Below, piece after piece: positions 1 to 12,506 of a stretch of 64,000 nt of DNA; the stretch's first letter is position 1, and each line of letters starts with the position of its first letter. Where the stretch lies: contig AP038806.1 of NCBI GenBank assembly GCA_047150005.1, positions 2,976,001 through 3,040,000 on the forward strand. The letters are read 5' to 3'. The notes under the pieces were generated by a model, which was not told the origin of the DNA, searched no databases, and saw only the letters and a list, made by a program, of their open reading frames with translations. Source of the DNA: Nitrospira sp. Its GTDB lineage: Bacteria > Nitrospirota > Nitrospiria > Nitrospirales > Nitrospiraceae. Made by a program: the position numbers and the translations under genes.

Positions 1-515
1 GCTTCCTCGCAGGAAAATCCGAAAATCGTTTCGGCCTGCGGGTTCCATTCGACCACCACTCCGCGCCGGTCCATCGCGACAACGGCATCGAGGGCTCCCT
101 GCACGATGGCCTGGAGCTTGGCCTCGCTACGTTGCCGCGCGCGGCGGCTCTGGCTGTCGAAATACAGGAACGCGGTCAGAATCCACAGGGTGGCGCTCCC
201 GACGGATCGGTTGAAGACGGCCAATGGCAGCGACTCTCCGGAATGCGAGGGCAAAAACGGCTCTCCCATGATCGCGACGGACCAGAACGCCGTAGCAAAC
301 AGGAGTGTCCGTGGGTGATAGAGCCGCGCGATGGGCAAGGCGAGCAGGAAATAGGGCAACCACGGAGCAAAGCCGATGGGAAAATGCAGATCGATCACGA
401 AGATAAGGCTGGTCGCCAAGGCGATCAGGAATGGAGTCAACGGCCGCATGCAGGCGCAAAGGGTCTGGGAGGGTGAATTGGGACTCGGCGCCGGTAGCGT
501 CCCTGCATCCGTCAT
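1..515 (-). CDS. Membrane-anchored PAS-domain sensor protein, N-terminal part (runs off window)
   Basis: Manual translation from ATG 515: hydrophobic segments, then SEAKLQAIVQGALDAVVAMDRRGVVVEWNPQAETIFGFS (PAS S-box). No stop before the window edge. Confidence 0.8.
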   Translation of the reverse strand, partial: MTDAGTLPAPSPNSPSQTLCACMRPLTPFLIALATSLIFVIDLHFPIGFAPWLPYFLLALPIARLYHPRTLLFATAFWSVAIMGEPFLPSHSGESLPLAVFNRSVGSATLWILTAFLYFDSQSRRARQRSEAKLQAIVQGALDAVVAMDRRGVVVEWNPQAETIFGFSCEE

Positions 516-573
516 ATCGTTCAGTATAGGCAGGACCTGCGGAGTCGCAAACGCTTTTCACGTTCTTGACTGA

Positions 574-942
574 TCAGGGCTGGGGCGATGATGCGTAGCG
601 GAGGTCGCGGTCGCTGGCCAGCGAAAGGTAGGCCTCGCCCCACTGCTGTGGGCTGATGAGACTCCAGGGCTCATCGCTGCCGGCCGGCTTGAAACGAAGG
701 CCGTAGAGCCCGCCGTAGACCAAGTAGGCCAGACCTGATCCGGAGTCTTCGACCGGTTGGGCGAAGGCCTGACAGGGGGGCGCGGCGGGATGCTCGCTCC
801 ACCCCGTGACGTCATACCATTCTCCGGCCGGGTTCCGTTCGAAGAGCCGGACCTGAACGACCGGTCTGGCCGGGCCGGTTTCCTTGAAGCGGGCAAAGAA
901 GCTGCTTTCGCAGTTCTCGTTAGATTCGACGTCGACGATCAT
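574..942 (-). CDS. Hypothetical protein (122 aa)
   Basis: Fills the gap between groEL terminator and PAS gene; protein-like composition; no recognised motif. Confidence 0.65.
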   Translation of the reverse strand: MIVDVESNENCESSFFARFKETGPARPVVQVRLFERNPAGEWYDVTGWSEHPAAPPCQAFAQPVEDSGSGLAYLVYGGLYGLRFKPAGSDEPWSLISPQQWGEAYLSLASDRDLRYASSPQP

Positions 943-1008
943 ATGATCGTGAAGCGTACCTCGTGAAGGGTGACGCGTTCAAGGATCAGATCCGAATCAA
1001 TCCATGTC

Positions 1009-1052
1009 AAAAAACAGGAAGGGCCCGGCGGTTTCCCGCCGGGCCCTTCCTG
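1009..1052 (-). terminator. Rho-independent terminator of groESL
   Basis: 17-bp perfect stem caggaagggcccggcgg/ccgccgggcccttcctg followed by a T6 run on the minus strand. Confidence 0.9.
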
Positions 1053-1109
1053 CGTCGCTTTGAGCGATCGGCTATCTCGGCACTCAGTCCTCAGGACTCA
1101 GCACTGAAT

Positions 1110-2777
<1,668 letters not shown>

Positions 2778-2809
2778 TCAATCAATTATGGACGCGTGAC
2801 GGATGATCG

Positions 2810-3109
2810 TCAGTCGGCGAAAATGCCGAGGATGTCCTCTTCCTTCAGGATCAAACACTCCTCGTCCTCGATCCGGAGCTTGCTGCCCGAGTACTTGTCG
2901 AAGAGCACCTGGTCGCCGACCTTGACGTTTTCGACCTTCTTGCCCACGGCCTGTACCACGCCCCGCTGCGGCTTTTCCTTGGCAGAATCCGGCACGTAAA
3001 TCCCGCCGGCGGTCCGTTCCAGTTCCTCGGTGTAGGTGATGAACACCCGATCACCCAGTGGCTGAAAACCCTTGGCGACGTTCTTCTTCTCTTTCGCTGC
3101 TGTGCTCAT
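2810..3109 (-). CDS. groES: Co-chaperonin GroES
   Basis: FQPLGDRV, TAGGIYVPDSAKEKPQ, VKVGDQVLF, EEDILGI; ATG 3109 has an AGGAGGG RBS. Confidence 0.97.
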   Translation of the reverse strand: MSTAAKEKKNVAKGFQPLGDRVFITYTEELERTAGGIYVPDSAKEKPQRGVVQAVGKKVENVKVGDQVLFDKYSGSKLRIEDEECLILKEEDILGIFAD

Positions 3110-3241
3110 ATGCAACACCCTCCTCGTGCTGATTAGTGAACCCGGTTGATATAGTGACGATTTTGGTACTGGTTCAAACTCGACGGCGCACGATGGCACG
3201 CCTTAACGAGCAGAAGCCCTGATCCGCAAACTCGGGGGTTG

Positions 3242-3269
3242 AGATAGCCTCAGGTCAGACCAAGTCAAG
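3242..3269 (-). promoter_or_regulatory. Putative RpoH-type heat-shock promoter of groESL
   Basis: Minus strand CTTG-N17-GCTATCT, one mismatch to the alphaproteobacterial RpoH-type consensus CTTG-N17-CYTATNT. Confidence 0.5.
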
Positions 3270-3386
3270 GGGGAATTCAGAATTTCTTTCCAGCCCCACA
3301 TTCGTCGTCAGGAAACCATCATAACCCATTGACATTGCAATATGCCAGGGGTGATTTTCGCTAGCGGCCGGGGGCTTCGGTCGGGA

Positions 3387-4385
3387 TCAGACGCGCAAGC
3401 GGTCGAAATCCTTGACGTCTTTTTTGATGTAGTCACGAATCCGCTTGATAATGCGTGCTTCCAGCTGCCTGGTTCGCTCCTTTGTAATGCCGTACTTCTC
3501 GCCCAGATCGTCGAGCGTGAGGGGCGTTTCGGACAGGATGCGGTTACGCAGGATATCCTCGTCCCGCTCGTCCAGCGTCTTGACGAACTCCGCCAGCTTC
3601 GCCCGGAACAGCGTCTGCAGTTGATGCTGGGCGAGCTGTTCGTCCGCCCCGACCTGTTGGGACGGCAGCACATCGAGCAGGGTGCCATCCTGTTCTTCGC
3701 CGATCGGCTGGTCGAGGGAGAGCTCCCAGTTCCCTAGACGCTGGTCCATTTCAACCACGTCGCGTTCCCGTACGTTCAATCGGTCGGCGAGGAGTTTGGT
3801 GTCCGGCGCAAATCCCTGCCGTTCGAGCTTCGCCTTCTCTTTCTTTAGATTGTAGAAGAGCTTGCGCTGATCCTGCGTGGTGCCGATCTTGACGAGTCGA
3901 TAGGTGTTGAGCAGGTAGCGCAGGATGTAGGCCCGTGACCACCAGGCGGCATAGGCATAGAAGCGCACGTTCCTCGACGGGTCAAACTTCTTGATGGCCT
4001 GCATCAGGCCCACATTGCCTTCCTGGATCAAGTCCATGTGGTCGGCGCCGGTGTGCAGGTACTCGGATGCGATCGCCACCGAGACCCGGAGGTTGGCCAT
4101 GATGAGCTTGACCGCAGCCTCGCGATTGCCGTGCGTGCGGTATTCGTCGAACAGACGCAGTTCTTCCTCTTTGGTCAAGTAGGGGTGCCGGCGGACTTCG
4201 GCCAGGTATTGCTGAAGCGCTGTAACCGGCACGACTGCCGTCGTATCGACGCCCGCTTGCGGTGCTGGTCTGTCGGCCGCCTCGGCCTCCGCTGTGGTTG
4301 GTCCCTCGGCCGAGTCTTCCTCGGAAGGTCCGAGGATTTCGGGCTCCAACGGGGTTTCGGCCGTGGATTTTGTTCGCCGCTTCAT
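3387..4385 (-). CDS. rpoH: RpoH (sigma-32)-like RNA polymerase sigma factor
   Basis: DLIQEGNVGLMQAIKKFDP (region 2), RpoH-box-like QDQRKLFYNLKK, region 4 TLDDLGEKYGITKERTRQLE; sits upstream of groESL. Confidence 0.88.
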   Translation of the reverse strand: MKRRTKSTAETPLEPEILGPSEEDSAEGPTTAEAEAADRPAPQAGVDTTAVVPVTALQQYLAEVRRHPYLTKEEELRLFDEYRTHGNREAAVKLIMANLRVSVAIASEYLHTGADHMDLIQEGNVGLMQAIKKFDPSRNVRFYAYAAWWSRAYILRYLLNTYRLVKIGTTQDQRKLFYNLKKEKAKLERQGFAPDTKLLADRLNVRERDVVEMDQRLGNWELSLDQPIGEEQDGTLLDVLPSQQVGADEQLAQHQLQTLFRAKLAEFVKTLDERDEDILRNRILSETPLTLDDLGEKYGITKERTRQLEARIIKRIRDYIKKDVKDFDRLRV

Positions 4386-4515
4386 AACGGTCGAGACTAT
4401 CACACTGCCTGATGGGGGACCAAGCGTGGAAGGACGGTCGGCGTCCGTTGTGCCCTCGCTTGCACCGGTGAAACCGCGTCCCCTATAGTGATTCGTTCGA
4501 TCTGCGGGAGACAGC

Positions 4516-5721
4516 ATGGCAACGAATATACTGTGGGCGCTCAGACGCGGACATTGGCCCTCCTTGGTCGGGGCGTGGCTGCATTTCGAAGTCAGTTTCA
4601 TGACCTGGCTGCTGATCGGTTCACTTGGAGTGGCCATTGCTGAGGAGTTGGCGCTGTCAGCGACTCAGAAGGGGCTCCTCGTGGCTTGCCCGCTGCTGAG
4701 CGGAGCGCTGTTCCGTATCGTCGTCGGGCTGAGTAGTGACTATTTAGGAGCCAAGACGACCGGCCTGTACGTGCTGGTTTGCGAAATGGGGGCGTTGCTC
4801 TGGGGGTGGGGGGGCGGAGGGACGTTTCCACAGATGCTGGGCATGGGTTTCGTGCTCGGCGTGGCAGGAGCCAGCTTTGCCGTCGCCCTGCCCCTGGCCA
4901 GTCGGGCCTATCCGCCGGCCCACCAGGGACTGGTGATGGGCCTCGCCGCCTCGGCCAACAGCGGGACGGTGCTGGCCATGTTTTTTGCGCCGCGCCTGGC
5001 CGAATGGGTCGGATGGCGCGGGGTCTTCGGCGTGATGTTGGCGCCCGTTCTGACGACGGCCGTACTGTTCGCGTTGCTCGTACGCCGCGACGACGCGGTG
5101 TCGGCGCGCGAGGTGTTTCCGAATTGGCGGCGGAGGTTCGAAGAAAGTCTGGCTCGGCCGGCCATGTACTGGCTCTGCCTGCTGTACAGTGTCACATTCG
5201 GCGGGTTCGTCGGCGTCTGCAGCGCGCTGCCCATCTTCCTGCACGATCAGTATCGGTTGGACCTCGTCACGGCGGGATCCGTCACGGCGCTCGGCGGATT
5301 GCTCGGCAGCCTGATCCGACCGCTGGGCGGATATGTCGCGGATCGAGTCGGCGGCGCGCGGGTGCTCCCGGCGGTCTTTGTGGCGATCGCAGTCTGTATG
5401 TTGGCCGTGGGGTCGCTTCCGCCCCTCACTCCGGCGGTATTCTGTGTGATGGCGGCCATTACCGCCATGGGGTTTGGGAATGGCGTGCTCTTTCAGGTCG
5501 TCTCGGACAAGTTTCCGAAGGAAATCGGCATGGCGTCCGGACTGATCGGAGCGGCAGGAGGGGTCGGCGGTTTTCTGTTTCCCTTCGGCTTGGGAAGCTT
5601 GAAAGATCTGACTGGCACCTATGCCGCCGGTTGGTGGGTATTTGCGGCTGCAACCGGCTGCGCGTGGGTCAGCGTACGCCTGTATAATCGCCGGACGATG
5701 CTGCAACAGCGAAGCGGATGA
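4516..5721 (+). CDS. NarK/NasA-family nitrate/nitrite MFS transporter
   Basis: About 12 TM segments; nitrate signature GVAGASFAVALPLASRAYPPAHQGLVMG, FGGFVG and RPLGGYVADRVGG. Confidence 0.88.
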   Translation: MATNILWALRRGHWPSLVGAWLHFEVSFMTWLLIGSLGVAIAEELALSATQKGLLVACPLLSGALFRIVVGLSSDYLGAKTTGLYVLVCEMGALLWGWGGGGTFPQMLGMGFVLGVAGASFAVALPLASRAYPPAHQGLVMGLAASANSGTVLAMFFAPRLAEWVGWRGVFGVMLAPVLTTAVLFALLVRRDDAVSAREVFPNWRRRFEESLARPAMYWLCLLYSVTFGGFVGVCSALPIFLHDQYRLDLVTAGSVTALGGLLGSLIRPLGGYVADRVGGARVLPAVFVAIAVCMLAVGSLPPLTPAVFCVMAAITAMGFGNGVLFQVVSDKFPKEIGMASGLIGAAGGVGGFLFPFGLGSLKDLTGTYAAGWWVFAAATGCAWVSVRLYNRRTMLQQRSG

Positions 5722-5841
5722 GCCTAGGTCCTTTTTCCCGTTGACAGTCGTGGGCTAAAAAACCGATGTTAAATGTTCGATGTTCAATGATAAATTGTTC
5801 GCTCATTGAACATCAGCATCAAACATTCAACATTGCCGTCT

Positions 5842-7050
5842 ATGGCCACTCCATTTGACTCCATCGAAGACGCGCTTCGTGACATCAAAAAGGGCCGGTT
5901 CGTCATCCTTGTGGACGACGAAGACCGGGAAAACGAAGGGGACCTGGTCATTGCGGCGGAGAAGGTGACTCCGCAGGGCATCAATTTTATGGCCAAGCAT
6001 GCCCGCGGGCTGATCTGTCTTGCCTTGACGCCGGAGCGGGTGGAAGAACTGCAGTTGCCTCAGCAGGCGGTCGAGAACACGGCCACGTTCGGCACCGCCT
6101 TCACGGTCTCCATCGACGCGCGCAAAGACATCACCACCGGCATTTCCGCGGCGGATCGCGCGACCACGATCCATGTGGCGATCGATCCCAAATCCAAGCC
6201 GACCGACCTCGCAAGGCCCGGCCACATCTTTCCGTTGAAAGCGCAGCAAGGAGGCGTGTTGAAGCGGGCAGGCCAGACGGAGGGATCGGTCGATCTGGCG
6301 AGGCTGGCCGGGCTGACTCCGGCCGGCGTGATCTGCGAAATCATGAACGAGGACGGCACGATGGCCCGCGTGCCGGAGCTGACGAAGTTCGCCAAGACGC
6401 ACAAGCTCCGCATGGTGACGATCAAGGCACTGATCGAATACCGCATGCGCCGCGAGACATTCGTCAAACGGGTGGCGAGCGCGAGTCTGCCCACGACGTT
6501 CGGCGAGTTCGAGGCGGTGGCGTTTGAGAACCAAGTCGACAACGTGACGCATATCGCTCTTGTGAAGGGTCGAGTGGACAGCGGTGAGCCGACGTTGGTG
6601 CGTGTACACTCGGGCTGTCTGACCGCCGACGCGCTCGGGTCGTTGCGCTGCGATTGCCGCGATCAGCTCCACAAGGCGATGGAGATTATTCAGAAGGAAG
6701 GCCGGGGCGTGCTGCTCTATCTCAATCAGGAGGGCCGCGGCATCGGTCTCCTCAACAAGATCAAGGCCTACGGGCTTCAAGATCAGGGCAGCGATACGGT
6801 CGAAGCGAATCTGAAACTCGGGTTCAAGGCCGATCTGCGCGACTATGGGGTCGGCGCGCAAATATTGGTGAATCTCGGACTTCATCCGATCAAGCTCATC
6901 ACGAACAACCCGCGCAAGATCGTCGGCATCGAAGGCTACGGTTTGAAAGTCGTGGAGCGTGTGCCGATTGAAATTCCGCCGCACGACGCCAATGTGAAAT
7001 ATCTGCGGACGAAGAAGAAGAAGTTAGGGCACATCCTCAAGAAGGTGTAA
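5842..7050 (+). CDS. ribBA: Bifunctional DHBP synthase / GTP cyclohydrolase II
   Basis: [45 protein letters not shown]. Confidence 0.98.
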   Translation: MATPFDSIEDALRDIKKGRFVILVDDEDRENEGDLVIAAEKVTPQGINFMAKHARGLICLALTPERVEELQLPQQAVENTATFGTAFTVSIDARKDITTGISAADRATTIHVAIDPKSKPTDLARPGHIFPLKAQQGGVLKRAGQTEGSVDLARLAGLTPAGVICEIMNEDGTMARVPELTKFAKTHKLRMVTIKALIEYRMRRETFVKRVASASLPTTFGEFEAVAFENQVDNVTHIALVKGRVDSGEPTLVRVHSGCLTADALGSLRCDCRDQLHKAMEIIQKEGRGVLLYLNQEGRGIGLLNKIKAYGLQDQGSDTVEANLKLGFKADLRDYGVGAQILVNLGLHPIKLITNNPRKIVGIEGYGLKVVERVPIEIPPHDANVKYLRTKKKKLGHILKKV

Positions 7051-7141
7051 CGGTTGCTGAAAACAGGTGAATCCGGCGTGATCAGGTCGCGGACGCCATC
7101 AGCCTGCTGGATGCCATTAGTGTCCAAAACGGTGTTGTGGT

Positions 7142-7678
7142 ATGAAGCTTCGTAAAGGTTCCCATAACGCGACGGGGCTGAAGTTCGGGGTCGTCGTCGC
7201 GAAGTTCAACAAGTTCGTGACGAGCAAGCTTCTGTCGTCCTGTCTGGATGGTCTGATGAAACACGGGGTGATGGAGCAGGATGTCGAGGTGGTGCGTGTG
7301 CCCGGCGCGTTTGAAATTCCGCTCATTGCGCGGACGCTCGCGGCGACCAAGCGATTCGATGCCGTGATCTGTCTGGGAGCGGTGATTCGCGGTGATACGC
7401 CGCATTTCGACTACATCAGCGGTGAGGCGAGCCCGGGAATCGGCCAGGCGGCGCTGGATGCGGATGTGCCCATCATTTTCGGGGTGCTGACGACCGACAC
7501 GGTCGCGCAGGCGATCGAGCGGGCGGACCCGGCGAAGTTCAATCGCGGGGGAGAGGCTGCCAAATCGGCCATCGAGATGGCGACGGTCATGCGGGCGCTG
7601 CGAGGTGGAAACACACCGTCCGAGGGAAAACTCAAGCACAACGGCGCCCGGCGGCCGACACGAAAGCGCTCCGCTTAG
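7142..7678 (+). CDS. ribH: Lumazine synthase
   Basis: [29 protein letters not shown]. Confidence 0.97.
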   Translation: MKLRKGSHNATGLKFGVVVAKFNKFVTSKLLSSCLDGLMKHGVMEQDVEVVRVPGAFEIPLIARTLAATKRFDAVICLGAVIRGDTPHFDYISGEASPGIGQAALDADVPIIFGVLTTDTVAQAIERADPAKFNRGGEAAKSAIEMATVMRALRGGNTPSEGKLKHNGARRPTRKRSA

Positions 7679-7680
7679 TC

Positions 7681-8133
7681 ATGGGTTCCCGCCATCAATC
7701 CCGTGAACGGGCGCTCCAGATCCTGTTCCAATACGACATCCACGGCCAGCCCGGCGTCTGGCTCGACGAGTTCTGGAACCAATGCGAGGCGACGGAAGAC
7801 GTCAGGACTTTCGCGGAAGAATTAGTGCGCGGGGTGTTGAAGCATCAAGCCGAACTGGACGCGCTGCTCGGCCGCTATGCGACGAATTGGAAAGTCAGCC
7901 GCATGCAGGTCGTCGACCGCAATATTCTGCGTCTGGGGGTCTACGAGCTGCTGTGGCGCGACGATGTGCCGGCGAAGGTGACGATGAATGAGGCGATCGA
8001 GCTGGCCAAGGATTTCGGCGACGACGAGGCGGCCAAGTTCGTCAACGGCGTCTTGGACAAAGTCCTCGCTACTGAATCAAGTCTTGAAGCCAAGCGGAAG
8101 GAAACCTCCGAAGCAAGAGGCAAGTCAAAATGA
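7681..8133 (+). CDS. nusB: Transcription antitermination factor NusB
   Basis: [33 protein letters not shown]; conserved ribH-nusB order. Confidence 0.97.
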   Translation: MGSRHQSRERALQILFQYDIHGQPGVWLDEFWNQCEATEDVRTFAEELVRGVLKHQAELDALLGRYATNWKVSRMQVVDRNILRLGVYELLWRDDVPAKVTMNEAIELAKDFGDDEAAKFVNGVLDKVLATESSLEAKRKETSEARGKSK

Positions 8134-8181
8134 GGCGAAGATCATTCACCCATCACTCAGCGCCCAGGACTCAGCACTCTC

Positions 8182-9519
8182 ATGATTGACCGCTACAGTC
8201 GACCCCAGATGAAGGCCATCTGGGATCTCAAGCACAAGTACGAGGTCTGGCTTGAAGTGGAATTGCAGGCCTGCGCCGCCTTCGAGCGCTCGGGCCAGGC
8301 GCCGCGCGGGACCGCCGCCAGGATCCGCCGAAAGGCCAGAATCCATGTGGGGCGCATCGCAGAAATCGAGCTGGTGACGAAGCACGACGTGATTGCATTT
8401 CTGGAATCGTTGGCGGACGACGTCGGACCGGAGCACCGGTTCCTGCACATGGGATTGACCTCCTCCGATATCGTGGATACGTCGCTCGCCGTGCAAATGA
8501 CCGAGGCGCTGGATCTGATTCTCGACGGAGTCGAAGGGTTTCTGGATGTTTTGAAACGCCAGGCCCTGCAGCACAAGCAGACTGTGATGGTCGGCCGGTC
8601 GCACGGCATCCATGGGGAGCCCATCTCATTCGGGTTCAAGCTGGCCATCTGGTACGAGGAGATTGGTCGGCATCTGGAGCGGCTGCGCCAGGTGCGCAGC
8701 ACCATCGCGGTAGGGAAGCTGTCGGGAGCGATGGGGACGTTTGCTCACCAGGGCCCGGAGATCGAGGCCTACGTCTGCTCGAAACTGGGACTCTCAATCG
8801 ATCCGGCCTCCAACCAGGTGGTCCAGCGGGACCGGCACGCGGCCTATGCCACCGCGCTGGCGCTGCTGGCCGCCAGCATCGAGAAGATTGCGACGGAGAT
8901 CCGTCATCTCCAGCGGACGGAAGTGCTGGAGGCTGAGGAATACTTTTCCCAGGGCCAAAAGGGATCGTCCGCGATGCCGCACAAGCGGAATCCCATCGTC
9001 TCGGAAAACCTGTGCGGCCTCGCCCGCCTCGTGCGGGCGAACAGCCTGGCGGCGATGGAAAACGTCGCGCTGTGGCACGAGCGGGACATCAGCCATTCGT
9101 CGGTCGAACGGGTGATCATGCCGGACAGCACGATTCTGGTGGATTACATGCTGGCGAAGGTCACCGATCTGATCGCCCGTCTGGTTGTGTATCCGGAACG
9201 AATGAAGCGCAATCTCGAGCTGACCGGCGGACTGGTCTATTCGCAACGCCTGCTGCTGGCGCTGGTGGCCAAAGGAGCTCAGCGCAAGGAATCGTATGAG
9301 GCGGTCCAACGCAGTGCCATGGCGTCGTGGCAAGGCGCGGGGATGCTGCAGGATCTCGCCGTCAAAGACCCCTTCATCGCTCGACATCTGAAGAAGAGCG
9401 AGATTGCGGCTTGTTTTGATCCGCACTATTATCTGCGGCACCTCGACGAGGTATTTCGACGGGTGTTCCGAGGACAGGGATCAGGAAGGCGCAGCCATAC
9501 AAAGCGAGGAGGCCGATGA
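8182..9519 (+). CDS. purB: Adenylosuccinate lyase
   Basis: MIDRYSRP, TKHDVIAF, GSSAMPHKRNP signature. Confidence 0.98.
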   Translation: MIDRYSRPQMKAIWDLKHKYEVWLEVELQACAAFERSGQAPRGTAARIRRKARIHVGRIAEIELVTKHDVIAFLESLADDVGPEHRFLHMGLTSSDIVDTSLAVQMTEALDLILDGVEGFLDVLKRQALQHKQTVMVGRSHGIHGEPISFGFKLAIWYEEIGRHLERLRQVRSTIAVGKLSGAMGTFAHQGPEIEAYVCSKLGLSIDPASNQVVQRDRHAAYATALALLAASIEKIATEIRHLQRTEVLEAEEYFSQGQKGSSAMPHKRNPIVSENLCGLARLVRANSLAAMENVALWHERDISHSSVERVIMPDSTILVDYMLAKVTDLIARLVVYPERMKRNLELTGGLVYSQRLLLALVAKGAQRKESYEAVQRSAMASWQGAGMLQDLAVKDPFIARHLKKSEIAACFDPHYYLRHLDEVFRRVFRGQGSGRRSHTKRGGR

Positions 9520-10316
9520 TTCGATCACGCTATGGCGGTGTGTGCGCCGTCGCGCTGTGTGTCGTGCTGGGATGGTGGGCTTCGGCCTCTCATGCCGCCG
9601 CCGATCGCGACAAGTTACTCAGTGAGCCCGGCATCTACGGGACGTTCGCCGCGTTCGGCTTGACTGAGGAATGGGGCAAGCTGGACGCGCCGACCAAGAT
9701 CGCCCATCTGACCGCCTTGAAGGGCGTGGTCGAACAGCATCGTGAAAAAGTTGCGATTGACCTGTATCTTCTCCGCGGGCTGTCCGACTATGCAGACGTT
9801 CTCTTCCGAATTCATGCGACGGAACTCCGCGATTCGCAGAAGTTCCTGATCGATCTCCATGCGAGTCCTATGGGCCGGTATCTGAAAAAGGCCGGGATCC
9901 TGAACGGTATGAGCAAGAAGGCGAATTATGTCCCGGGATTTTCCGACCAGATGAAGGCGGATCTTAAGGCTTCCAGTGAGCCGGGGGCTTCGCCCTATGC
10001 CATCGTGATTCCGATCAGAAAAAGCGCCGAATGGTGGGCGCTCGACCAGGAGAAGCGCGCGGCCATGATGAAGGAACACACCGAAGCGGCGTTGCCCTAT
10101 CACAAGACCGTGAAGCGGAAGCTGTATCACTCCAGCGGGCTGGACGATCTGGACTTCATCACCTATTTCGAAACCTCGAAGCTGGAGGATTTTCACGGCC
10201 TCATTCTGTCGTTGGAAAGCGTGAAGGAATTTCAGTATACGCGCCGATTCGGACATCCCACTCTGCTCGGCACGATGAAGTCCCTCGACGAAATTATCGA
10301 GACCTTGGCCCAGTAA
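9516..10316 (+). CDS. cld: Chlorite dismutase (periplasmic, heme b)
   Basis: Signal peptide; IPIRKSAEWW, proximal His in MKEHT, catalytic Arg in KRKLYHS, DFITYFET, RRFGHPTLLGT; resembles Nitrospira Cld. Confidence 0.93.
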   Translation: MIRSRYGGVCAVALCVVLGWWASASHAAADRDKLLSEPGIYGTFAAFGLTEEWGKLDAPTKIAHLTALKGVVEQHREKVAIDLYLLRGLSDYADVLFRIHATELRDSQKFLIDLHASPMGRYLKKAGILNGMSKKANYVPGFSDQMKADLKASSEPGASPYAIVIPIRKSAEWWALDQEKRAAMMKEHTEAALPYHKTVKRKLYHSSGLDDLDFITYFETSKLEDFHGLILSLESVKEFQYTRRFGHPTLLGTMKSLDEIIETLAQ

Positions 10317-10338
10317 CAGAGGCCGATTGCGAGGCGGC

Positions 10339-11043
10339 ATGACCAGCGACACCATGATCTACGAGGGTAAGGCGAAAAAGATCTTCTCGACGCCGGACCC
10401 TGATCAGGTCGTCCAATACTTCAAGGACGACGCGACGGCCTTCAATGCGCAAAAGCGTGGGACCATCCTTGAGAAAGGGGTCATCAACAACAAAGTGTCG
10501 GAGCGGCTGTTTCGGTTGTTGGAACAGAACGGGGTGCCGACGCATTTCGTCGAGCGCAAGAGCGACCGTGAAATGCTGACCAAGAAGGTCGCGATCGTGC
10601 CGGTTGAAGTGGTCGTGCGGAACGTCGTCGCGGGCAGTCTGGCCAAGCGGATGGGATTGAAGGAAGGCGAACCGATCCAGCCTGCGATCGTCGAGTGGTA
10701 TTACAAGAACGACGCGCTGGGTGATCCCCTGATTACCGACGACCATGTGCGCCTCCTCAAGCTTGCGACGCCGGAGCAGATGGCGGAAATCAAGAGGTTG
10801 GCGCTGAAAGTAAACAGCCTGCTGCAGCCGTTCTTTCTGGAACGCCGCATGATCCTCGTCGATTTCAAGCTGGAGTTCGGATGGCACAAGGACAGGCTGA
10901 TTCTTGCGGATGAGATCTCTCCGGATACCTGCCGATTCTGGGATGCGACCACCAGGGAATCGATGGACAAGGATCGGTTCAGGAAAGACTTGGGTAAGAT
11001 TGAGGAGGCGTATCGGGAGGTGTTGAAACGGGTTTGCGGATGA
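10339..11043 (+). CDS. purC: SAICAR synthase
   Basis: YEGKAK, FKDDATAFN, DFKLEFG, LADEISPDTCRFWD, DKDRFR. Confidence 0.98.
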   Translation: MTSDTMIYEGKAKKIFSTPDPDQVVQYFKDDATAFNAQKRGTILEKGVINNKVSERLFRLLEQNGVPTHFVERKSDREMLTKKVAIVPVEVVVRNVVAGSLAKRMGLKEGEPIQPAIVEWYYKNDALGDPLITDDHVRLLKLATPEQMAEIKRLALKVNSLLQPFFLERRMILVDFKLEFGWHKDRLILADEISPDTCRFWDATTRESMDKDRFRKDLGKIEEAYREVLKRVCG

Positions 11044-11044
11044 G

Positions 11045-11194
11045 TCGCGGGTCCTGTCGGCGAACAGCCCCAGCGTGCTCGCACCCCCGCCCGGTGTAGG
11101 GACCCCCGCTGTGCGCGCATGGGGAAGAGCCGCGTCTCGGCGCGGGTCAGGGCTTGGGTGGGTGAGAACGGCGCCCGTTCGCCACCACCCGCGA
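11045..11194. repeat. Structured intergenic repeat, variant copy 1 (after purC)
   Basis: Ends tcgcgggtcctg...cacccgcga pair with each other; inner ggcgaac/gttcgcc stem; related to the copies at 12507 and 36573. Confidence 0.6.
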
Positions 11195-11233
11195 GATGCA
11201 CCGGGAGAGGAAGTAAGAAAAAGAGTAGATGAG

Positions 11234-11452
11234 ATGCTGAAGGGGTTTTTGAATTATGGGCTGGTGGCGGCGGTTTTGGTCTGGGCCGCTGTGGTCGGTC
11301 TCATGGCCTATCGGCTGGAGGATTCACCGTGGCGGTGGGCCTTTATTGCCTTGGCCTTCGGAGGGATTCTGACGATCGTCGCCATTTTCCGGATCAGACG
11401 ATATATCGACAGCTTGAACAAGGCCGAGGAAGAGCGGGGGAGCCAATCGTGA
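11234..11452 (+). CDS. Small 2-TM membrane protein (72 aa)
   Basis: MLKGFLNYGLVAAVLVWAAVVGLMAY...WAFIALAFGGILTIVAIF; stop overlaps the purS start (GTGA). Confidence 0.7.
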   Translation: MLKGFLNYGLVAAVLVWAAVVGLMAYRLEDSPWRWAFIALAFGGILTIVAIFRIRRYIDSLNKAEEERGSQS

Positions 11453-11688
11453 AGGCAAAAGTTCATGTGACGTTGAAGCAGGGGATTCTCGATCCGCAGG
11501 GAAAGGCGATCGAACATGCGCTCGACTCGTTGGGGTTCAAGGGAGTGGCGAATGTGCGGGTGGGCAAGTATATGGAACTGGATCTGAACGAAACGGACAG
11601 GGCCAAGGCGGAAACGCTGCTGAAGCAGATGTGTGAGAAGCTGCTGGCCAATACGGTCATTGAAGAATATCGGTACGAACTTGGGTAG
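11449..11688 (+). CDS. purS: FGAM synthase subunit PurS
   Basis: VTLKQGILDPQGKAI, VRVGK, CEKLLANTVIE; GTG start. Confidence 0.96.
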   Translation: MKAKVHVTLKQGILDPQGKAIEHALDSLGFKGVANVRVGKYMELDLNETDRAKAETLLKQMCEKLLANTVIEEYRYELG

Positions 11689-11789
11689 TGCTGGGTGCTG
11701 AGATTTGAGTGCTGAGTCAAATTGTGAAGGATTTCTTGGCATTTGGTTTCCTGGCTCAGCACTCACCACCCAGGACTGAGGACTGACTT

Positions 11790-12506
11790 ATGAAAATCGG
11801 AGTTCTCGTTTTCCCAGGGAGTAATTGCGATCACGATTGCCGCCATGTCCTCGAGGATGTGCTCGGCCAGTCGGTGGCGATGGTCTGGCACAAGGATGCG
11901 TTGCCGGTCGGATTGGACGCGGTCGTGATCCCCGGAGGGTTCTCGTACGGCGACTATTTGCGCACCGGGGCGATCGCGCGGTTCTCGCCGGTCATGACGG
12001 CGGTCAAGGAGTTTGCCGCGAAGGGTGGGCTGGTCCTGGGGATTTGCAACGGCTTCCAGATCCTGCTCGAAGCCGGATTGCTGCCCGGCGCCATGCTGCG
12101 GAATCGCGGGCTGCATTTCGTCTGCCGGGACGTCTTCGTGCGGGTCGAAAATGCGGCTACTCCGTTCACGAGCGCATGCACTCCCGGCCAGGTGCTCAGG
12201 ATTCCGATCGCCCACGCGGAAGGGAGCTACTACACCGATCCTGTGACGCTGGCTGGGCTTCAGGCGAATGCGCAGGTGGTATTCCGGTATTGCACCGAGG
12301 ACGGCAGGGTAACGCCGGAGTCGAATCCGAACGGCTCGCTGGATGACATCGCCGGCATCCGCAACGCCGAAGGCAACGTGTTGGGCATGATGCCCCATCC
12401 CGAGCGCTGCACGGAAGCGTTGTTGGGAAATGAAGACGGACGCATGATCTTTGCGTCGATGTTGGAGGCGTTAAAGAAAAGGCAGCCCAAGATGGTAGGA
12501 GTATGA
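11790..12506 (+). CDS. purQ: FGAM synthase glutaminase subunit
   Basis: [34 protein letters not shown]. Confidence 0.98.
   Translation: MKIGVLVFPGSNCDHDCRHVLEDVLGQSVAMVWHKDALPVGLDAVVIPGGFSYGDYLRTGAIARFSPVMTAVKEFAAKGGLVLGICNGFQILLEAGLLPGAMLRNRGLHFVCRDVFVRVENAATPFTSACTPGQVLRIPIAHAEGSYYTDPVTLAGLQANAQVVFRYCTEDGRVTPESNPNGSLDDIAGIRNAEGNVLGMMPHPERCTEALLGNEDGRMIFASMLEALKKRQPKMVGV

Noticed and set aside
127..561. 144-aa minus-strand ORF from the track
   Set aside because: Wrong frame; the open frame from 515 to the window edge encodes the TM-PAS protein.
5722..5841. FMN riboswitch upstream of ribBA
   Set aside because: No RFN conserved motifs; the short spacer is occupied by a heptamer palindrome.
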